Below, one piece after another: positions 28,259 through 58,055 of a DNA stretch of 64,000 bases. The stretch comes from Lingula anatina (lineage: Eukaryota; Animalia; Brachiopoda), in NCBI GenBank assembly GCA_051362555.1, contig CM120643.1, positions 7,378,001 to 7,442,000 of the forward strand, in the 5' to 3' direction. The notes beneath the pieces are model-generated. The model made no database searches, had not been told where the DNA came from, and saw only the letters and a list, made by a program, of their open reading frames with translations. The translations under genes were made by a program, and so were the position numbers. The first letter of the stretch is position 1. Each line of letters begins with the position of its first letter.

Positions 28259-28803
28259 GAGCGCATTCTCAACGAATTAAGCCAGGCTTTACAAAGCCGG
28301 TGACCTAAAAATGGCGGACGTACATGAAAGAAAAACCGCCTAATCTTTTAATAGTCTCTCCGCCTCTCACACGCCTCCCCACACATCGTCCCTGCGGGGT
28401 ACAGTAATTAAATCTCGGCTCCAAACATTAATATTTCCGTGAATATCTCTGGTGATATTATCTCCGTAGATAGTCGATTCATTGCTGCTCTACGGGCCAA
28501 ATTATTCCCTTTTCGTCTCTGTTTTCAAAGATAATAGAACAGAAGAGCTTTTTTCCTTCGATCGCCTTCAGCCGCCATGCTTTCTTCACCACGAGTTTAA
28601 CTGATGAGCATGCGCACTTAATATTTCTCAGGTTGCTTCCGCATGGCGAACGGAGCCGAGATTTAATTACTGTACCCCGCAGGGACGACGTGTGGGGAGG
28701 CGGAGAGACTATTAAAAGATTAGGCGGTTTTTCTTTCATGTACGTCCGCCATTTTTAGGTCACCGGCTTTGTAAAGCCTGGTTAATTCGTTGAGAATGCG
28801 CTC
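28259..28803. mobile_element. MITE with ~150-bp near-perfect TIRs and 3-bp TSD, inserted into an exon
   Basis: gagcgcattctcaacgaattaa...ttaattcgttgagaatgcgctc; TSD aaa. Removing it restores the exon gatatcaaagacacaaagagt (DIKDTKS). Confidence 0.9.
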
Positions 28804-28928
28804 AAAGACACAAAGAGTGATGCTGAAGGCAGCAAGGAGAGAGGTAAGACAGTAAGGTCAATTAACAGGTGTTCATTTAACACACTTTAAAATGTAAAAA
28901 CAAACACAAACAGGCTCTCAGGCACAAA

Positions 28929-29092
28929 CAGGGCCAGATTGAGGCCATCTTCTGGGTCTACTGGAAGATGGTCATAGTTTTTTTTATGTTTTCGGGTACT
29001 TATTTTTTAGTCAGAAGATGGTCTATAATGGAGGATGGATCAACAAACATAATTTTCAAGACTTTCAGAATATATCTCTGGATCCACCCCTG
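28929..29092. mobile_element. CAGGG-type MITE with 5-bp TSD
   Basis: caggg...cccctg termini; TSD acaaa; same family as 31273-31451 and 45713-45880. Confidence 0.75.
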
Positions 29093-29326
29093 ACAAACAC
29101 TGTTTAATTTTAAATCTTTGAATGTGTCTTTGACTATGGAAAATAATGTATTGAATCCTTGTTGTGCACAGGCATGGGATGTGTAATTTGTGTTCCATTT
29201 TTTCCTTCAGTTGATGTCAAAGACACAACAACTATGACAGAGGACGTGAAGGAGAGAGGTAAGACAGCAGGGTCAATAGAATAGGGATCTATTTATTACA
29301 CTGATGACGTGGTTGTGCATGTACAT

Positions 29327-29363
<37 letters not shown>

Positions 29364-30263
29364 GGTACTGTACTTGTATGCATGTTGCACAAGCTAAGTC
29401 TGGCCTTTGACAGACTTAAGAAGATACTTTATCTTCTGAAAATTGATGTTTTTGTTGTGTAAAGATTGAACACACATAATGTTGATTTGAAAATTCAATT
29501 TAATTCTGTTCTTTCAGTTGATACCAAACTGAAAGACAAGAACAATGTAACACCTGTAAACCCACTAAGTATGGAGGAGATAGGTAAGAGAGGAATCTCA
29601 GTAAAATAGTTATGATTTTTAATATACTGTACTTATGAAACATGCATGCACACACACACATACACTAACAAACACACACACACACACACCACAAGCATGT
29701 TGCTCAAGCAAAGTCTTGAGCATAATTAAGAAGATAATTTTTTTTTAGTCATTTAAATATTTGACTATGTCTTCCATATTAAAATTGTAATACTGAATCC
29801 TATTTGAACATGCACAGATATGGAATGTTAAGTTTTTATTCAATATCATTTTTTCCTTTAGCCAATATCAAAGACTCAGAGATTGTGTCAGATGCTGAGG
29901 GCATCAAAGAAAAAGGTAAGACAATAAGCTTAGGACAATCTAACAGGGAATTAATTTAACACACTTAAAAATGTAAACACACACAGATGGACTTTAGGGG
30001 GGAGACTCTCACACACAAACACTGAGTTTAAATTCACTGTTCAGTGATCTAAATTTTGAATGTGTCTTTGACTATGTTAAATAATGTATTGAATTCTTGT
30101 TGTGCACAGGTATGAAATGTTTAATTTGTTTTCCTGTCTTTCTTCAGTCAATATCAATGACACAACAACTGTGAAAGCAGACGTGAAGGAGAGAGGTAAG
30201 ACATTAGGGTCAATAGAATAGTAGGGTCAATATTTATTACACAGATGGAATGTGATTGTGCAT

Positions 30264-30299
<36 letters not shown>

Positions 30300-31272
30300 C
30301 TAACGTTGTGCCAACACGGTTTGTGCTTTTGGCAAGTTTAAAATAATATAGGGCACGAACATAAATGGTTATTCTTATTATTATTCTTCTTCTTATTATT
30401 ATTATTATTAATTAAATAATTCTAAACACTTCAGACATTAAGAAATGAAGAAAAGTCAGTTTTTTTAAAAGAATTCATTTATTAAACATTTACAGAGAAG
30501 TTGATTTTGTTTGTCTCTTTGTTTTGATGTATCATAACTAAGTAAGCTTTCAGTTTTTTAGAGGAAAACTATGTCAAACAGCTGGTAAAACTGTAAATTA
30601 AAGCAGCAAATTAATTATATCACAGCAGCCAGGAGCTGGTGGTTGAAGAGTTACTGTCAACATCTATTTACACCTAACTGAATGTACGTTTTAACTGAAT
30701 TACATTGTAATATTTTCATCTTTTATTTTTCAGGGTCGTCAGTGCAGAACTATATGTATCATTGCCTCTGTAGCAGCCAGTTAAAAACTGCAAAATGTCA
30801 TTCTCTTAATTTAACGATAAAATATTAAATTTTTGTAATCAGATGAGTTTTGTTTTTCTTTTCTTAATTGAGGGTACCATTAGGGAGGGGTGATCATAGT
30901 TCATGGGAAATAAAACCATTAATTTACAAATCACAGTAAACAAAACTTTATGCATATCTCACCAATAATGCTAGTTGAAAACTGTGAAAATTACGAATTA
31001 CCAGGTATAAGGCTTAGTTTCACGAAGGGCAAAGAATAAAAAGCCGCATTTGCGAGTCACAGGAATGAGGTGCTTCACGGAATATTGACATTTCACGCAT
31101 CTCAGAGAAATAAAAAGTGGCTTTCACAGATAACAAAATACCCAGTGGGGCTCTTTTAATTAAAAAAGTTTGAAAAAGCAAAATAAACCAATTTTTGTAT
31201 AAAGGCATTTGGGATGTGATGCAAGAAACCAGCACTTGACTTTTTTTTTTACAATAAATGAAACACTATAGT

Positions 31273-31451
31273 CAGGGGCGGATTTAGACCGTCTCCTGGG
31301 TCTTCCGGAAGACGGTCAGAATTTCAAGTCTTTTCAAGATTTTATATAGACGGGTATCTAACTTTTTCTGTCGGAAGACGGTCAAAAATGAGGATGGATC
31401 AACAAAAATAATTTGGAAGACTGTCAGAAAAAATCTCTGGATACGCCCCTG
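31273..31451. mobile_element. CAGGG-type MITE with 5-bp TSD
   Basis: caggggcggat...atacgcccctg; TSD atagt. Confidence 0.8.
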
Positions 31452-31539
31452 ATAGTAATTACCTCATTCCAATAAAACAACATTTGATTTCTGATTTAAG
31501 TTTTAAAGTTTGAGGTTTATCTCAAATTTTTTATCAAAT

Positions 31540-31718
31540 TCTCTTTTTATTTCATTTATTAAAGTTAAGAAATAATCAATACATGGTACAAATTTTTAAC
31601 TATATTTAAATATATACATAAATACTCATACTCACACACATGTACCCTATCATACGGCTCAATTACTGGTAACTTCTCTTTTGATTTTATATTCTAGTAT
31701 GTCCATGTTTAAATACAA

Positions 31719-31790
<72 letters not shown>

Positions 31791-31850
31791 TCTTAGGAAT
31801 TCAACTTGCAAATAAGGATCCCGTTTTAGTTTTTTTTTATACATAATTAT
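31540..31850 (-). mobile_element. Probable LINE 3' remnant with inserted (TA)n
   Basis: Minus-strand peptide YKKKLKRDPYLQVEFLRVL..LNMDILEYKIK resembles L1/Tx1 ORF2 ends. It is followed by a GT-rich UTR and aataaa. (TA)n at ~31736-31785. Confidence 0.4.
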
Positions 31851-31854
31851 AATA

Positions 31855-32270
31855 TTATTGAGAGCATTTTAACGTTTGAGCATCTGGTGGCTACAGTGGA
31901 GGAATGGGAAAAAAACTTATCGATGTTATTAACACCACCAGTAAAATAATTGGGAGAGAACTCCCCCAACTGGATGATATCTTGAAAGACAGAATGGAGA
32001 AAACAACAAAACAAATTATGGGGATCCCACCCATCCAGCAAGTTATCTTTTTAAATTCTCACCCAGCAATAGCAGACTGCTGACTTTTAAGGGCAGTAAA
32101 CGGTTTTAAGTAGGTCTCTCTATTTACAGTATTTTAATTAAACTTTTAGGCCTAGTTCATAATTTTTTATTGTCCAGTGTTTTATTTTAGTTTTATCTCT
32201 CAAAGGATAACAAATGCCTATATTTATATTTTAATATTTTTATTGGCTGAATAAATTCTTACTTCTTACC
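31855..32270 (+). mobile_element. Rex1/Babar-type non-LTR retrotransposon 3' fragment
   Basis: Frameshifted peptides IESILTF, INTTSKIIGRELPQLDDILKDR and DPTHPASYLFKFSPS match the Rex/Babar RT C-terminal pattern. aataaa tail near 32250. Confidence 0.7.
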
Positions 32271-32410
32271 ATACTTGTACTATTGCTATAGCCATGTTAC
32301 ATGTATTATCATAAAAAATATTGTAAATAGCGGCAACAAGTTCTTTTTCTAACACAATCCCTTTGTTGTCATTTTTCAAAATGATTAAAGGATTTAAAGT
32401 ATTTTACAGA

Positions 32411-33900
32411 CTGCTCTTCCCCGTTTCCAACGCTCACAATTTAGGTCTATCATTTAAAATCAAGTCTTTTATTGTATAAAATATAACATGTATAAAGCCA
32501 AAGACTTCATCCAATAAACCAGCTGTGCATGAACCCAAAATTATGCTATAGTATAATCAAATAGAAATATCAAGACTTCTTGAACAAGATTGATCACATT
32601 AGAAATCTCCCCCCCCCCCCCCCTTCGTCATCCTGCCCCCTTTCTACTGATACCATACAAACAAGCCACCTTCCAAACTCAGCGTGGGTTGGAGTGTGAA
32701 GTAGGTCAAAAGCTCGGATATGCCATGTAAGGGTTTTTGGGGGAGATAGGTGATGTCCTTTTGCGTTTTTTTTTTGTTTTTTTTTATTCTGCCAAATTTG
32801 AGAAAAATATCAGTATCTTTCATGGCAATTAATCAGTATAAATTCAAATAAGTCAAGTTTCTTTCCTTTATCACGTAATTCGTCAGATGAAATTAAAATT
32901 AAATACAACAAAGTCCTAGAATACCTTTACCCCTCTTATGAATGCAATGTGTCGCCTGCAGAGCTCAGCGTCTGCCACCACGGTGGATGATTCTCGCTTC
33001 CCGGGAGCTGAACAGTTAACGCGGTCCGAAAAATTTTAGGGAGAGTCAGATGGAAAAAAAAAGAGGGATCTTGGTATCTATAAAGTTCTACTTGGTGAAA
33101 CTGGAGATTTGGGCTAGTTTTAATCTTTTATTAAAAGTTTGCAACATACTCTGCTTTTCAGTGACCCTATGCAACCAAAATATTTTGCTGGCATCTAGAT
33201 ACATTTCCCCTTCTGTCTCCCCCTAAAACGGTCCACACTCAATTATTAATAATCGTATGGCAATTTTATACAGGCAATTGACCTACTTTTATACCCATGC
33301 CGCTATCGACGAGTTTTATGGCTGTGGAGTGAAAATGGGATACACGTCTGTGATCTAAAATTTATTACTAATAACATAATTTACAAACAGTGTGTGCGGG
33401 TCAAAAGTGTCCCAATTCGTGAGAAAAAGGGAACATTACTTTTTGAAAATAATGAAAACAATTAGAGACAAGCAAAAATTAGAAAAAAATTCATTTTTTC
33501 TCTTATATGCAAATTAGGTCTCCTGAAGTTATATAAGACTGGCCGGAAGTGAGGTTGATATCAGACATTTGTAATGATGGTGATCTTAATGGCCTTGGTG
33601 ATTTTAATGGTGATTCAAAAAAATCTTATCAAAGTTTTCAGTTGTTATCTGGTGAGAAAGAAAGTTTCTGCACTAACGCAATCATTCCACCAGTAAAGAA
33701 TAGATAGTAAACGCGTTTCAGAGATGCACTGCAGACGACACGACATTTGGGTGAAAATCGCACACCTAAGATATTAGGCCTAGGTTTAAATTATGATATA
33801 TAGGTAAAAATGCATGTCTAAAATTTCCATTAAATTTTTGACTGCATTTCTATTTATTTGTGTTCGACAAGGGTGAATTTTATAGGGATATTGTCTTTCT

Positions 33901-33956
<56 letters not shown>

Positions 33957-34080
33957 CGAAAATTGGGCATAACAGTCAAAATATCCAGAAGTAAAAATAT
34001 TTCAAAATTTAAAATCTTCTTGGTCACTACGATTCCTCGTCGTGGTGGTTCACGGGGAAATTTTTAAGATAACTTGTAAT
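32411..34080. repeat. ~1.7-kb diverged direct repeat, copy 2 (contains a ~53-nt poly-T at 33902-33954)
   Basis: Collinear with 3587-5275. Confidence 0.85.
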
Positions 34081-34322
34081 TGTATAAATTGATAACGCGC
34101 TTCTTAATAATGTTCGTGATTAACAAGTAAATTACGCTCAAACTTAAAATCGCCTTGCGTCTAAATTACATTTTTCATTAGACAACTAACTTTTTGGATT
34201 GTGTCAGAATGAGTTTTTTTTGTCTACTCTTACTGTTTAAGTGCAGAAAATAGGCTCACCTTTTTGTTGTAAATAAACTCAAGATTGATAAAGCAACAAG
34301 TCAAGTTGGAAGCATTTGTTTA

Positions 34323-34571
34323 TTTTTTTTTTTTTTTATTATTGACACAATACATCACGAATACATGACAATACAAAAACAAACAAACACTCGCTCACAC
34401 ACTCACACATAAAATATATGTTATACTATATAACACTTTTTAATTAATTACATCGTCGTACGCTAAATATTCAAATTGAAAATAACTTAATTATATTTGA
34501 ATTGTACTGACAGATTGACTTATCTGTTTTCACCAGATATCTAAGCGATGAAATCAAACCTCCTAATGTTG
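34323..34571 (-). mobile_element. 3' end of the L1/Tx1-like LINE whose upstream part lies at 63557-64000
   Basis: Minus strand reads (P)TLGGLISSLRYLVKTDKSICQYNSNIIKLFSI*, continuing ...YIYIRRCSQGKPT from 63557. Followed by a GT-rich UTR and poly-A (poly-T at 34323-34337 on +). Confidence 0.85.
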
Positions 34572-35011
34572 CAGCCCGGGAGCCACCGGTCTGCCGCTAG
34601 GTGGCTTTTAACCAAACCGGAAGTTCTAGAATTTGAATTGCGTGCATTTTTGTGAAATTTATAGGGTGTCAGAAACGGTAGAATATCTCGAGTACTAAGG
34701 GTATGAGAGTCTTATTATGTATACTATGGAATCCCAGGAGGGCCAAGTGAAATTAAAAAAAAAAAATTAAATTGAAAAAAAAAAGTGAAATTAAAAAAAA
34801 AAAAAATTAAATTGAAAAAAAAAAATTTTTTTAAACTTTAATTGAAAAAAAAAAAAAATGCAATATCGCGCGATCTCCCGCGAGATCGCGCGTAATCCTG
34901 CGTGGCCACGTGAAATCCCGCGATACCAAGCAAAGTTTATTTCAAAAGGAAATCAAGAAAAAGAGAAAAAAAAAATCACGATATCTCACGAGAAATTGCG
35001 AGAATAGAAAC

Positions 35012-38000
35012 ATGGCGGAGGAAGCCACGATGTGTTTAAAATGCCAACATTGCACGGACTATGAACAACAGGCTCACATTCCCATTTGTAAATCATGCGG
35101 ATGTGATAAAATATTGCACGTAAGTTGTTTTCTCTTTATTCTTTATGCAGATGATAGTGTGACGTATAGTATTATTAGTGAATCAAGGACGAGTCGGAGT
35201 GTCCTCTTGAGTCTTATTTCTTTACTATTACTAGTATTAGAACACCGGTTAAATAAATATGCCGCCTTTCCTGACACAGTGACACTGACTGGTTTTGCAA
35301 ACGTCTTCATTAGGCATTAAACTTATATTACATACATGTACATAAATTTACAGTATTTTTCATTAGACTTCCTCGAAACAATTATTAAACCACACGTGTA
35401 CAGTTCCCGTTAAGGATAGGAAGGTTGAAAGTAATGCTTTTCATTTGTAATTTACGTTTGTAGAGTGTCGTCGGTGCTTGTAACAAAAGGCAATGTCAAT
35501 GTCCAGGATACCGAAAAATTAGAACCATCAGACATTGTGTCAACTGTGGGCACTTGCCCATGGATCACGACTTCAAATTTGGTGAGCAAATTCAGTGTTT
35601 GACTTTTTCAACATGGATCTACCAAGTTATTTGTGTTAAAATACAATAAGAATTGAAATAGTTTCATATATGATATTAATTGAAATATTTCTTAATTCTT
35701 GGGCTTCAATTTGTCAATTCAAATAATAGTTATTTTATGAGAGCATGAAACAGAAGTTGATTTAATTAAGAAAATATAAAATATAAATCATAAAATTGAA
35801 TTAGGTGGATTTAGCCTGTATAATTTATCTTAAATGTTGAAGCACACATCTCCAGTGTTATTATCAAAGCTTATCTTTGGGCTACAAATTATGAAATATC
35901 ACTGTAATTCTGACTGTTATTCATATGTAATTGGCACTGGAAGAGAAATCTCAGAAAAAATTCACATCCATTTTGTAATAAACAAAAGAGCATACTAAAT
36001 GAAATTGCCTTATAATGTATGTGTGCTTAATTGTATGTCTTATAAGTCATCTATAGTCTGTCATTGCTTCATGTAAAAAATTCATTTTATTTTTGAATTC
36101 CAGATTTAAAGGTTTTCCTCAACAATCTAGTGGAACGTAATAAAAGCAATGCTTTGATATTAGAATATTTAAAGGACATTGGTATTACCTGGAGGTAAAT
36201 ATTTTTGTGTAGAATTCTTTGTGGCAACAAATGCTTATTTATAATTGCTTTTTTGTAGAGAAATCTTTGTGTCAATCAATGTCATGTTTAATTCTTATTG
36301 TTAGTGAAGCTCATTGCTTATTGCCCACGTCAAGTCTTTTCTTGGTGACAAACTTAACTATTAATTGGACAGCTGCTGACATCACTGGATAGGTTTTTTT
36401 TTTTTAATGATGGCTTGGACTCCTGGAATTTTTGTTGAAAATTACAAGTGGTGATTTTAAATGGCATGAATCCCCAGAAAAGTCTTGGCCCGTGTTATCA
36501 TTTTCATATAGATTCCCATAAAAATCTGCAAAATCCTATTGCATGAGGGGTGAACTTTAAAGTTGTCAGCTCACTGAATATCTTAAAGCGGGTAATAAGT
36601 TCAGAAAGGATCTAATTATAATTAATTTTTTTTTCACTGTCAGTGAAAGAACCCTCAAGAGAAGGTTAAATGTTCTTGAAATCAAGCGACATGAACATGT
36701 CCCTGTCCAAGAATTAAGGGTAAGCGATAATTTTGATGCTGCCTACTTTGAATCAATCTGTATGTTGAAATAATATCTGTAGTATTTTGATCACTCAAGT
36801 CTTAGAATAGAGGAGATGGCATAAATACACCAACCAACCAGTACAGTACTAGTATATAGATATGTCTGATAGAGAGTCTGTTACAATCCAAAACTTAATC
36901 CCCCTTGTACAAATAAAATAAAAATATTGACATCTTACAATGATTTATATTTCCAATCATAATTTAATAAGGTTAAATACATAATAAATGGTCATTTTAA
37001 TGTGTGAGTCATATCTTTTTATGTAGGATATTATTCAACAAGAAGTCGTTGTTTGTGGGGGACTGGCAGGTGTAAGGCGAATATATGATCAGTGTCGCCA
37101 GAAATATCACAAGAAAGTAAAAAGGTTAGTTAAGTAAAGGAATAATTTTTGCAATTAAGCAGTTAATTAAAAAATGAAAGTAATAATCTATATTTGTTTC
37201 ACTTCTATTAAATTATATTATTCTGTTACTCTATCCTAAGAATTGATGTGCAAGAGATATTGCGTGAAGTTGATCCTGAAGGTCGGAAACTAAGGATACG
37301 AAGGGCTTTAAATCGACGAGTTTTTAAATCACAGGTAAATATTATTTTTATGTATAGACACAGAGACCTATCTGTCTTGATCATTTAAGCCATGCACTTT
37401 CAGCGATAACACAATATGTGGAAAACTATTTAGTCTTAAACCCTTTTCTGGTCACAAAAAATTGCCAAGTCATCATACTGTCAGTTTCAACTAACTTAAG
37501 ATTATAGAAAGATAATTGTATGATGGAGCCACTTATCAGTAAAAGTTGTTTGATTCGTTCATTTGAGGAATGTATCAGTCAGATTGTTCACATGTATATT
37601 CTTTCAAAATGACATTTAATTTTATGTTTTCATATGATGATATCAACTATTTCTTTTCAGGGACCAAATTGGATTTGGTCTGTGGATGGTAATGACAAGT
37701 TGCAGTTCTTCCATATTTACATACATGGATGCATTGATACATTTTCACGCAAGATTTTGTGGTTACATGCCAACACTACAAATAAGGATTCTAAAGTAGT
37801 GGCTAAATATTTCTTTGACACTGTGAAGACTTTAAAAGGTAAGAATCATTTAATCCTTAGTTAAAGTGGTAACCACTACAGAATAATCTTGCTTTCAACA
37901 TTTTCAATGCTTTTCCATATTTCTGATATTATTAATTCCAAAATCCTGAGTTTATATAATTGATTTTACCCTACTTAGAACTGTCCACATACTCACACAT

Positions 38001-39694
38001 GGCACCACAAAACCAACCAGCAGGCAAACGGCATTGCTTCTACGTTGATCCACCAAAATTGAATTACTGCAGACACTGTGCAGATACATGTATATAATGT
38101 ACTGTTTTAAGTAAAAGCCAATTTGAAAAATTCTATCCCTTATCCAACAAAACACTACCTGGTTTAAAAGAGTTTACTAGTATTATCCATTTCTGATTTT
38201 GCCATTGTAATATACTAGTTTGGGGTATATTTCAACACTTCTTAAACATCTGTGCTAATAGTTACCGTTTTTTAATAGTCTGCCCTAATAGAACTAGAAG
38301 TGACCCAGGGACAGAGAATGTAGACTTAATTGAATGCCAAATGTTCCTAAGAAGAAATGGCAGTGATCAGCATGCTTTCTCCAATAGTCACATCATGGGG
38401 CCTTCACCACTGAACCAGGTATGTAAATTTCTTATTATATTTACCCATTTGTCACAAGGATGTCTATTAAAGCCTGTAGTTCGATCACGCACTATTCTGA
38501 TGTCATGCATTTATTTCAGAAAATAGAGTGTTTCTGGTCAACTTTCCTAAAGAGAGTTTTAATCCGTTGGCAGGAAGAATTAATGGTAAGTTTATTTCTT
38601 TTTGGTAGTTTCTGCTTTTCCCAGTCATTTAACTCCCGTATATTCTAGGATTCATTAGGATAATGGAGAGTTTCTTAAACATCCCACTAACAACATGTTT
38701 ACGACAAAATATGTTTTTGATAATAAACTGGTTATTATAAGTAAGAAAAGGCATTTCCATTACTCATGGATAAAATGGTTTATATTATTAAAGACTATTT
38801 AGTTCAGAAACTCCCAAACAGCATTTCTTCCAAAATGTGCACAGATTAAAAAAAATTGGTAGGTCATACTTATTATGATTAAGGAATGTTTCCTTATATG
38901 ATGATAATAGTACCTTAACAGTGATTTACAAATAAATAAATAAATAATAATAGTAAATATTATGGTTTATTTGTCAAATTAGTTTCTAGTTATGTAATAT
39001 CATAGAATGACTGATAAATTTACAAGTATTATACTTTTCAGGGTTTGCACAGAGATGGTTGGTATGACAGACACAGTTGCATTGACAAGTGGTGCATGGT
39101 ATTTGTTTACTTGCCTCTGATACAACATGATATAGATGCATTTCAACTGTGGTGGAACAACCACAAAATAAGACACCAAAGGCAGGTGTGGTTACCCACT
39201 GGTGCTGCTCCAAATGACATTTATGCATTTCCACATTTATATGGTAAATTTGGCAATTTCAGTTACATGTTTAGCATATAAAAGATTGAAATATTTAAAA
39301 CTTAAAACATTTTTGTAATAATCTTTTACTTTCAATATGAACATGTAGTCAATTTAACACATCACCATGTTCTTGTGGCATTGGCTATGTGACTAAATGG
39401 AACAACTGGCTTAAGGTAAATCAACCTACATATTTTATGCAATATATATTTGCAGGCGGTCACCAGTGTGGATTCACTGTCAGTGATAGAGATTTGGCAG
39501 AAGTTGCACGAGAAAAAACACTGAACTATGAACAATTTGCTCGTGTGCCACAGGACTTCTATAATGAAGCAACTAACTTCACTGCCACTAACCACTTGAC
39601 AATTGAAATATCCACTGCAGCAGAGTGTTATATTCAACTAAGGAGACACTTCATCCTAGAAAGATCTGCATTACAGTCATCTATATATGTGTAA
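35012..39694 (+). CDS. DDE (integrase-core) transposase, 11 exons, ~469 aa, apparently intact
   Basis: Exons 35012-35119, 35464-35581, 36104-36194, 36644-36719, 37027-37124, 37241-37334, 37661-37838, 38279-38418, 38520-38585, 39042-39243, 39456-39694 (1410 nt, all GT-AG, in frame). Motifs: SERTLKRRL (HTH-like), VDPEG, GPNWIWSVDGNDKL..IHGCIDTFSR, RSDPGTEN, NQKIECFW, WNNHKIR. Confidence 0.93.
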
Positions 39695-40989
39695 AATGTA
39701 ATATTAATGTTTCTGCACCAACCTGCAAATTCCAAATTGCTGTACAGGAAAAAAGAAAATAAAGAATCACAAAAGAGGTTATTTTCCTCTTTTTGATACA
39801 TTAATACAATGTGCAACAGGCTACACAACCCATTTTTATGAAACCACAAGACTAAAAGGTAAATTGGTTTTCCCTTGATGGTGTTATCTCTTTATGCGCA
39901 TGGTGATCCTGGTGTCACACCTATGTCAGTACATAAAAATTCAACCACTTTTAAATAAACTTGACAATACATATAATTCAAAGTCTCTATCCCAGCATAG
40001 CTGTCAAAACTACAAAAAAAAGGATAAAAAAAAATGCACAAAGTAGGTAACTGTCAATACTGATGCAAAATACAGTATGCTTAACAGAAAGTCGACAGCA
40101 TTGCAAATATATGTCTGTTAGGAATATGTTACTAGCAGACCCATGTCACTTTAAATTCACAGTTAAAATATACCAGCAAGAGAAATATGAACATTCAAAT
40201 AAAAATGCATAAATTTTAGAAAAAAAAAAGCAATCAAGCTGGGTTCCCAATTTGATCAGTGCTTAAGGATTATTATTGGACTTTCAAACTAATATGTCAC
40301 TGTTTTTTCTTTATAATGTTACTATTGGCAGTGCACAATTTTTTTTTTTGCCAAATCTGATACAATTTTACGGAATGATACAACCTTGAACTGTCTAACA
40401 TAATAGTATAATGTATAAAAGGTCACTGCCATTTGACTTCATGCCTTTGGGGGTTAAATCCCTGAATAAAAATGCCAATATTTAAAAAATATAGAACACA
40501 CATAGAAGGCAGTCAAACTGGTGCAAGTCTAGGTACAATTCAGACCAAGAACCCTTTCAGTAGGTTTGACAGCCACGAGTAGCATGACTTTAATGGCCAT
40601 TAAGGTGAGAGTGACCAAAATTTATTTTCCCTCACTTTTGATCTATATTACATAATGCTTAAGAGCATAATCACCACCAATTCTTAATTATGCAATGCAG
40701 TTAAAATGGTATTTATAAAAAAATTAATTAGCAAAGGTATTCAGGCCCATGATATTTGAAAATTCCACTATGTACACAAGTGAGAACTATAACTAATGAG
40801 TTTACTTCCATTTTCAACAATTAAGTAAATAATAAAAACGGCACAACTTTAATAAAATTGTCCAATCATTTTTGATTACCAGTTTACGCCTTCCTATTCA
40901 AGTTCAGTAGTAACAATGGGTGTATCTCTGCTAATTTTGGTGCATTTTACATTTTATTTTCACGTCTGAATATTGGATGTTGAAATATT

Positions 40990-41462
40990 TGATACAGAAC
41001 AATGCCCGAGCCCTAACGAAAAAAATAAAAAATAATACAAAAAAACCTGCAGTGTTGCACATGCAAAGCTCTACAAAATGAAAAAAAAAAAAAAAACAAG
41101 GTCTCTAGCAATGATGGTTCCAGAATTAGAGAGTTTTTAGTTTGGCATCTAATAGCCACTACTCGACTGAAAATGCCCCAATTGACCCCAAACTCACAAA
41201 GATGAAAGATTACCCTAAGGGTAACACCTGCCCATTATATTATAGATTAGATCTGTGTAGTTTCTGAAAATATGCAATAATAACTGTTTTTCACAAGAAA
41301 GTTAGCAATTTTAGAAAAATGTGACCTGTTTGACCTTGAAATAATGTTCTAGGAGGAGAAGCGGTAACGGTGACTTGTAGTTCACGACACCCTGCAGAGC
41401 CATATGAGATAGGTCGGGACAAAAGCCATGAATACTGCCAGCGTACATGCTGGTGGTACTAA
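40990..41462. mobile_element. Truncated Helentron-like remnant between the two convergent genes
   Basis: Similar to 42800-43518 (ctaggaggagaagcggtaacggtgactt; gccagcg...gctggtggtac hairpin). Confidence 0.55.
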
Positions 41463-41472
41463 AGAGTTGTTT

Positions 41473-58055
<16,583 letters not shown>

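Larger units (their letters stand above)
26201..30830 (+). pseudogene. Multi-exon gene/pseudogene with duplicated phase-1 micro-exons encoding a charged low-complexity peptide
   Basis: ag/gt-bounded exons start at ~26560, 27244, 27584, 27911, 28248, 29211, 29518, 29862, 30149 and 30734. The 3' exons splice in frame (GDTKEENNVAVVKTLSIKELADIKDTKSDAEGSKERVDVKDTTT...). The 5' exons do not give a clean frame, and one exon is interrupted by a MITE. Confidence 0.55.

Noticed and set aside
3587-34080. Giant LTR retrotransposon bounded by the 1.7-kb direct repeats
   Set aside because: No TG...CA ends, PBS, polypurine tract, TSD or gag/pol between the copies.
34910-35011. Longer N-terminus of the transposase (ORF starting at 34910)
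   Set aside because: It uses a GTG start inside the TIR; the ATG at 35012 mirrors the kinase ATG and is the better start.
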